DNA of 64,000 nt from Candidatus Helarchaeota archaeon. GTDB taxonomy: Archaea; Asgardarchaeota; Lokiarchaeia; Helarchaeales; RDOG01. Both the position numbers and the translations under genes were made by a program. Position 1 is the stretch's first letter, and every line of letters starts with the position of its first letter. Positions 59,881 through 64,000 of this stretch are shown piece by piece. The DNA lies in NCBI GenBank assembly GCA_019058315.1, contig JAHPZH010000007.1:128001-192000 (forward strand), written 5' to 3'. The notes beneath the pieces are model-generated. The model worked only from the letters and a program-made list of their open reading frames with translations, was not told the DNA's origin and ran no database searches.

Positions 59881-60978
59881 TTAATCTACTTTTAACAATG
59901 GATTCATTATTCCGAAAGAACCCGTTCGAACTAACGCTGCTTTTAAGAATTGGTAACCAATATCGTATGTTGAGCCATCTCCACCAATTGCAATAACAAC
60001 ACTTGGTGTTCCCTTAAAATGACCTTTAGTTTTTAAAATTCGTTGTGTAGTAGCGATTGCATCTCCTATTGTGGCAGATGTTTCAAAAAGGTGATGCATC
60101 CAAGGCACTTTCCAGCTAGGAACATCATCTTTTGAAAGTGAGACTTCTGAGCAACTCGTGTTATTTGTAATTATGACATTCTTTCCAGCTACCATATATG
60201 CGGCTAAAGCTAAATGGTTGAGTGATACTGCGAGTCCACATCCTGAGCAAAGTCCATAACCTGGTGCAAATAGATCTTGATTTGGAATCTCTTGAGGTTT
60301 AATTGTATACATTTCTATTTGAGCATCAGGATCTCCAAATGCTCTAACTAAATTAAGTATATTTTCATTACGTTGTCTATAAGATTCCCAAATTTGGTCG
60401 ATAGCATCTTCATTAAGTGTTGGTCTTACGAGATGTCTATATTTCCCTAAAAGGTTTATATATTCTACTAATTTCTCTCGATCAGGTTCAGCTTTGAGCT
60501 TTCGACTGAGATAATAAGTTGGTCTTCCATCTCTTACCTTTATAGAAAATAGGGGCCATATACCTGCATCAACTGCGAGTTTGTCGACTTTGTGTGTGAC
60601 ATTTAGTGCATGTCGCCATCCTCGATCGCATGAAGTAAGGGCTTGGATAAAAGCAGATCCGGGAGTTTTAAGTGCTTCAACAACTTTACCTATGAAATCT
60701 TGTGGGTAAGCTGCACTTACTGTTGCTAAGAAAGATGATTTCATACCTAGAAAAGCAAAACCGTTTATTATATCTTGTTTAACTCCAATTTTTCCTGGTA
60801 TTGCTTTTCCACCAGGACCAGTAGTAGTAGACGCAAAAGGGGGAGTAGAACCAGATTCCTGAATTCCCGTATTCATAAAAGCTTCGTTATCATAATTATA
60901 ATATAACATATAATTTTTTGTAGGACGTTTTAATAGATCTTGAACTTTAATTACACGTGCTTTCATTTTTTCACTCAT
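59881..60978 (-). CDS. porB: 2-oxoacid:ferredoxin oxidoreductase beta subunit, circularly permuted
   Basis: YDNEAFMNTGIQ and SCDRGW in the N-terminal half; PG..LCSGC, TSC.EV and GGDGSTYDIG in the C-terminal half; AGGTGA SD before ATG at 60978. Confidence 0.9.
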   Translation of the reverse strand: MSEKMKARVIKVQDLLKRPTKNYMLYYNYDNEAFMNTGIQESGSTPPFASTTTGPGGKAIPGKIGVKQDIINGFAFLGMKSSFLATVSAAYPQDFIGKVVEALKTPGSAFIQALTSCDRGWRHALNVTHKVDKLAVDAGIWPLFSIKVRDGRPTYYLSRKLKAEPDREKLVEYINLLGKYRHLVRPTLNEDAIDQIWESYRQRNENILNLVRAFGDPDAQIEMYTIKPQEIPNQDLFAPGYGLCSGCGLAVSLNHLALAAYMVAGKNVIITNNTSCSEVSLSKDDVPSWKVPWMHHLFETSATIGDAIATTQRILKTKGHFKGTPSVVIAIGGDGSTYDIGYQFLKAALVRTGSFGIMNPLLKVD

Positions 60979-60987
60979 ATTTATCAC

Positions 60988-62202
60988 CTATATTTCTTCA
61001 ATAACTCCTTTTTTCTCTCGTACACCGAGAAATGTATAAAGTTCTCCTTTCATATCATTTATTTTCTTCATTTTCTTCAAAGCCGCGTTAAACTCATCGT
61101 AAGTCACGTCACGACCACCTAAACCAGTAATAAAGCTGTGAACAATAGTTCCTAATGGATAGAGTGATGGTAAAACACTTTGAGTAACTTGAGGTGCGGG
61201 TGCACCAGGAGCATCATTCTTCTCTAATACTATAACCTTTTCAATTCCATTATCATTAATGATTTTACGAAGTTCTTCTGTGGGAAATGGTCTATAAGAT
61301 CTGATTTTAATCAAACCAGCATCTTTGGGGTCAAGCATCCACTGCTTCAGGGTACCACACATCGAACCAAGAGTAAGAAAAGCGATTTTTTTACCATCAA
61401 GATTGAAAGTCTCAATTCGTTCATATTTTCGACCTGTAGCTTTTTCAAATTCTTTGAATTTTTCATCCATTATTTTGGGGACATCCTTTTTTGCTACATC
61501 AATAGCTCTTCTTTGTTCCATGAAATAATCTGGGGTAACTATTCCACCCCAAGTACCGGGCTTTTCAGTAGTAATTGTATGTCTTTTAACACGGGGTGTC
61601 ATCTTGCGAACTACCTCATCTGGGATTACTTTGAATGTTTGTGCTGAATGGGAAATTATGAAACCATCATGACAGAATAATGTTGGAAATAACGATTTTT
61701 CAGCTATCATGCAACTTAATATAGCGGCATCATAGGTTTCTTGAACATTTTCAGAAAATAATTTATTCCATCCATGATCCATAAGAGTAACTTCCCAACT
61801 ATTCCAGATTGATAAATTGGGAGCATTCCAAGCTCTATTTGAAATCAACATATAAACCGGGACTCGCCACCCAACAGCCATTGGTAAACCTTCTTGCATT
61901 AATAAATAACCTTGAGATGCAGTTGCAGTGAATCCGCGAGCTCCAGCTGCAACAGCGGCAGTTATATAAGCTATTGCTGCATGTTCACTTTCAACGTTCA
62001 CGAAAGCAGATTTTAAACGTCCATGATTAACTACATCGCTTAAACCCTCAACGGATTGAGTTTGTGGCGTGATAGGAAATGCGCAAATTACATCCGGATC
62101 GGTCTGAGCGACAGCTCCAGCAACTGCATAATTTCCAGTCATAATTAAAGTTTTTTCTTCTTTGATTTCTTCAAAAAATGGCGCCATTGGAACAACACTC
62201 AT
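60988..62202 (-). CDS. porA: 2-oxoacid:ferredoxin oxidoreductase alpha subunit
   Basis: GNYAVA, FPITPQT, ESEH, TATASQG, DGF..SH, RPFP, GLGGRD. Confidence 0.93.
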   Translation of the reverse strand: MSVVPMAPFFEEIKEEKTLIMTGNYAVAGAVAQTDPDVICAFPITPQTQSVEGLSDVVNHGRLKSAFVNVESEHAAIAYITAAVAAGARGFTATASQGYLLMQEGLPMAVGWRVPVYMLISNRAWNAPNLSIWNSWEVTLMDHGWNKLFSENVQETYDAAILSCMIAEKSLFPTLFCHDGFIISHSAQTFKVIPDEVVRKMTPRVKRHTITTEKPGTWGGIVTPDYFMEQRRAIDVAKKDVPKIMDEKFKEFEKATGRKYERIETFNLDGKKIAFLTLGSMCGTLKQWMLDPKDAGLIKIRSYRPFPTEELRKIINDNGIEKVIVLEKNDAPGAPAPQVTQSVLPSLYPLGTIVHSFITGLGGRDVTYDEFNAALKKMKKINDMKGELYTFLGVREKKGVIEEI

Positions 62203-63131
62203 GCTTCCACCCCCGTTTTCTTTAATTCTGCAGTTAAAGCTCCTTTAGGGCATACTTCAACGCAATTTCTACAACTTTTACAATGTTTCTTATCTACTCC
62301 TACGACTTTCCATGTTCCATCAGATTGTTTTTCTCTTATTATTGAAAGATCAGGACACGTGAGAAAACATCTTTGACAATTTATGCATTTTTCAATATCA
62401 TGCTTTATAATGTAAGGACCCCATTCACCAGTTTTCACTTTTTCAGAACCACCAGGAATATACCAGATAGCACCAGTATCTAGATCTTTATAACCAAGAA
62501 GTTCAGGTTTTACATGGCTCCACTCTTTTTTAACACCCTTTTCAAGATCTAATTTTATATCAGTTTTCATGAATTCAACTGTATCATAAGCTTCTTGGAC
62601 CAATTGAACGTTTTTTTCAGCAATATTTTTCGAAAAAACTTTAAATAATGCATTTTTCACACCATCGATGGTAAATACATCTGAAGCTTTCGCAATTGCT
62701 CCAAGAATTGCGGTATTAGTAATTTCTCTCCCAAGAAGTTTTATTGAGAGGCTCGTAGCATCAATAATACCTATATTGATATCATTACGCTTAATGAATT
62801 TTTTAATCTGATCAAAGCTCATTTCTGTATTTACTATTAATGTGCCACCAGGAGGCATCCCTTCTGTTACGTCAAGTTCTTTTAAAAGAGAATCATCGAG
62901 AACTCCAACAATTTCGGGTGTATAAATTTCGGTTTGAAGTTGAACTAGTTTTGGATTTTTGCTCATAGCAGCATATGCTGCTGTTGGAGAACCCATTCTT
63001 TCCGCTCCAAATTTTGGTTGTGCTCGTCCAGGACCATCAAAGCTTTCTACGGCTAATTGTGCAGCAGTAACACCGCCTTGTCCACCTCTTGCATGGAATC
63101 GTATAAAAACAACTCTATCTTCTTTAGACAT
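62199..63131 (-). CDS. 2-oxoacid:ferredoxin oxidoreductase gamma-delta fusion
   Basis: RFHARGGQG.VT, FGAERMG.P, NTAILGA; then KTGEW and two CxxCxxCxxxCP motifs; GGAGA SD before ATG at 63131. Confidence 0.9.
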   Translation of the reverse strand: MSKEDRVVFIRFHARGGQGGVTAAQLAVESFDGPGRAQPKFGAERMGSPTAAYAAMSKNPKLVQLQTEIYTPEIVGVLDDSLLKELDVTEGMPPGGTLIVNTEMSFDQIKKFIKRNDINIGIIDATSLSIKLLGREITNTAILGAIAKASDVFTIDGVKNALFKVFSKNIAEKNVQLVQEAYDTVEFMKTDIKLDLEKGVKKEWSHVKPELLGYKDLDTGAIWYIPGGSEKVKTGEWGPYIIKHDIEKCINCQRCFLTCPDLSIIREKQSDGTWKVVGVDKKHCKSCRNCVEVCPKGALTAELKKTGVEA

Positions 63132-63323
63132 TTTAATTTCTCCTGAAACTTTTAAATTATGTATGTAATGCACATTTTAATTACATTTAAAAATTCATAT
63201 TGTTTGATCTTCTTAAAACATAGCAAACTTAGTATTATTAAAATTATTGATTTTAAAGTAAGGAGAAATAATAAATCTAATTTGAGGGAAGAAAATTTTA
63301 AAATAGGAAAAAATTTTATCCAG

Positions 63324-63716
63324 TTATTTAATTTTACTATATAATTCTTTTAAAATTTCTTTGTGTACAACTAGACCAACTAGTTTGTTATCTTCTACAA
63401 CAGCAATACGCCTTAGACGTTTTTCTAACATAATTTCAAGTATTTTCTTTAAAGAGGTCTCTGGAGAGACGGATTCTATATTTTTTTTCATAATATCCTC
63501 AACTTTCATGCCCCCAACTGAAATATTAAATCTAGAAAGCATGATGTCACGCATTGAAATCTCCCCAATAAAATTTCCTTCTAAATCGATAACTGGTAGC
63601 CCACCAATACTATTTCGAGTCATTAATAGATCAGCTGCAGCAACTTGTTCTGTTGGAGGTATTGAAATTGGATTCTTTACCATAACATCTTTGGCTTTAA
63701 TATCTTTTATCGACAT
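63324..63716 (-). CDS. CBS domain pair protein
   Basis: KAKDVM, GGLPVID, VEDIM, VVEDNKLVGLV. Confidence 0.9.
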   Translation of the reverse strand: MSIKDIKAKDVMVKNPISIPPTEQVAAADLLMTRNSIGGLPVIDLEGNFIGEISMRDIMLSRFNISVGGMKVEDIMKKNIESVSPETSLKKILEIMLEKRLRRIAVVEDNKLVGLVVHKEILKELYSKIK

Positions 63717-63839
63717 TATTATACATTCCAGTTCCTAAATTAATAAAATATTAATTTTTGTTTTTAATAAAATTTATCATTTGTCCTTGAATTTAAAAAT
63801 TAATAAAATCATTTCATATATGAATGAGTTTGATCAGAC

Positions 63840-63962
63840 GGGTAGGTAGTCTAGCTACTTGCAGATGTAAATGCGAGCTATAATGGCTATGATTCCGGTT
63901 TCGGGACGAATTAAAAGCGAAATAATCGGAGGTCGTGGGTTCAAATCCCACCCTGCCCACCA
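63840..63962 (+). tRNA. tRNA-Pro(CGG) with two introns (63857-63883 in the D-loop; 63906-63923 at 37/38), CCA encoded
   Basis: Acceptor GGGTAGG/CCTGCCC; T arm GTGGG-TTCAAAT-CCCAC; anticodon stem CCGGT/ATCGG; removing both inserts restores a normal cloverleaf. Confidence 0.9.
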
Positions 63963-64000
63963 AATAAATTTCAATATATAAAATAAATAGATTTAAAATG

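Noticed and set aside
1-64000. CRISPR arrays, IS elements, DGR template/variable repeats, inteins in rpoB or the NrdD-like gene
   Set aside because: No regularly spaced repeats, transposase or reverse transcriptase seen by eye, and protein lengths leave no room for inteins.

Overview
AT-rich archaeal chromosomal window. It is most likely from an Asgard archaeon; this is an inference from the fused Rpo2, F420 ligase, archaeal lipid genes, PCI/RING, TPR and HEAT proteins, and multi-wHTH regulators. Housekeeping content includes pheA, cofE, an isolated rpoB, nadE, nep1, rnp4, pyrBI, acd, two tRNA-Gly genes and a tRNA-Pro(CGG) with two BHB-type introns. There is a ~10 kb isoprenoid/ether-lipid cluster and a 2-oxoacid:ferredoxin oxidoreductase operon. 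No integrase, transposase or CRISPR array was seen. The most unusual observations are: (1) a circularly permuted PorB whose TPP motif is split between the two termini; (2) a wHTH + ATP-cone + class III RNR-fold protein that has lost its catalytic cysteines and may be a nucleotide-sensing regulator; (3) a DUF35-HMG-CoA synthase fusion next to a thiolase lacking its catalytic Cys/His residues; (4) a ~9 kb patch of orphan fragments or divergent paralogs of core machinery (aCPSF1 KH, aRF1 M domain without GGQ, uS2, ACS beta); (5) three genes whose conserved N-termini lie upstream of the first ATG/GTG/TTG, suggesting ATT/ATA initiation; (6) two PCI-like + RING proteins. All family assignments come from motif recognition by eye; no database searches were run.
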